From assembly GCF_006345805.1 (NCBI RefSeq), contig NC_043017.1:27218001-27282000 (forward strand): DNA of 64,000 nucleotides, given 5' to 3'. The number at the start of each line of letters is the position of its first letter. The first letter of the stretch is position 1. Source of the DNA: Octopus sinensis (taxonomy: Eukaryota). This document shows, piece after piece, positions 62,628-64,000 of this stretch. Under the pieces are notes generated by a model, which saw only the letters and a list, made by a program, of their open reading frames with translations, made no database searches and was not told where the DNA came from. The position numbers and the translations under genes were made by a program.

Positions 62628-62830
62628 CATCATAAGATTGCAGAATTTTAGCACGCTGGGTGAAATGCTGAGTGGTTTTTCACTCATCGCTACGTTCTGA
62701 GTTGAAATTTTGCCGATTCGACTTTGCCCTTCGTCCTGTCGTATCGATAAAATAAGAAACATCTGAATACTGGAGAGGAGGGGGAAGGATCGATGTAATC
62801 GACTAGTCCCCTTCCCTCAAATTGCTGCCT
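62408..62830 (+). mobile_element. Two diverged SINE-C short-tail copies (about 62408-62590, 62636-62830) separated by (TTA)n
   Basis: aaattaagtaccagttacgcactggggtcgat and gcagaattttagcacgctgggtgaaatgc motifs. Confidence 0.75.
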
Positions 62831-62899
62831 ATCATCATCGCCATCACGATCAACATCATCATCATCATCATCATCATCACTATGTTGTATATACGTCCA

Positions 62900-63330
62900 G
62901 TCCATAAACACAAGCACAATTTCTTCCTCTTTCAACGTGTGCAAATTTATTGAATTCACATTCGATGTAAGTATTCGTTCAGGCTTTAACAGTTGTATAT
63001 TTTTGTATGTTATCTGTATTTTGTAAGTCCTGCGATACTGATAATATATGTAATTTCGTCTTGTTCTTATCGTAGCTAACGCTCCTAATATTCCTTGGAT
63101 TGTTTTGATTTCGTTCCGCTCGTTCGAGTTATCTCTGTTTCCAAATCGATATATTTGGCCAATTTCTCCAGTTCTTTTAAAGATATGATTTTCTATGCTG
63201 GCATTAATGTATCTGCGAGGAAATATTGTCATATATGATAGTATTGGCAAATACTATCTGTACGATTTGCCAATACTTCTCTGTCAGTTAAAACCAGTGT
63301 ATCCCAAAATATAGTTGCACATTTCTTCCT
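62900..63330 (-). pseudogene. Degenerate R4/Dong endonuclease-domain relic
   Basis: Across frameshifts: [21 protein letters not shown]; LKELEKLAKYIDLETEITR; KTIQGILGALATIR..KNIQLLKPERIL. Confidence 0.8.
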
Positions 63331-64000
63331 CGCATTTAATTTTCTCGCTGATGTTTATATCAATTTTGTATGGTCGCCATTTTACAATGCCAGATGTATG
63401 TGTGTGTGCGTTCCTCTGTGTGTGTGTGCGTGTGTGCGAGTGCCTGTGTATGCATATATGTGTGTATATGTACGTATATGCGTGTGCGTGTATATATATA
63501 TAAACATACACATTTGTGCATATATTCACATATGTACATATGTATTCATCCATGTATATACATATATATATATACATATAGATATATATATATATGTGTG
63601 TGTGTATGTATGTATGTATCTATTTATCCTTAAATCTACGCCTATCAAGAGATATGTATATGTAGACATATCTATGCACACACATATATAATTTAGTATA
63701 TATGATAGTAAAATATAATGTATATATATATACTATTTATATCATATGTGTGTGTGAATGTGTGAGTGTGTGTGTGTGTATGTATACATAGTGTATTAAA
63801 AGAGAAAATACAGGGAAATGTATTTGTTAGCAAAAATATCGGAATCAAGTTATAATAAACTCAGTGGGTACACATGAATTGCTTTATCTAAAACGACGAT
63901 AGCATTCCTTCGTGTTTAAGTTCTTGAGGAAAAAGCCAGAAGCCTATATAAGCCAGGTTTTGGTGCACTCGAGGTAAATATGCAAGCACTGGTAAAATAT

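Overview
Eukaryotic, strongly AT-rich, microsatellite-saturated DNA with no prokaryotic features. The SINE families and repeat landscape look like a coleoid cephalopod, most likely Octopus; this is recognition from memory, not a database result. The window is mostly intronic/intergenic and is dominated by: (1) several tRNA-derived SINE families (about 35 copies or fragments, including tandem arrays); (2) decayed DNA transposons (a Tc1-type element with DD36E spacing, two maT/DD37D relics, GGATC-ended MITEs with 8-bp TSDs, non-autonomous Helitrons); (3) LINE relics (R4/Dong endonuclease ends, a CR1 3' end, an ORF1-only L1/Tx1-like element); (4) many short (TA)n-embedded, often fold-back elements carrying hammerhead-ribozyme motifs. 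Two of these hammerheads (11448-11546 +, 38935-39033 -) look structurally complete, and this ribozyme-bearing repeat set is the most interesting signal. Almost all ORFs in the supplied track are microsatellite or SINE artefacts. A few small candidate host exons (17-49, 318-382, 7911-7944/8399-8432, 9192-9356) are supported only by splice signals and open frames. There is a 100-N scaffold gap at 43555-43654. Repeat boundaries are by-eye estimates (about +/-10 bp) unless TSDs or termini are quoted.
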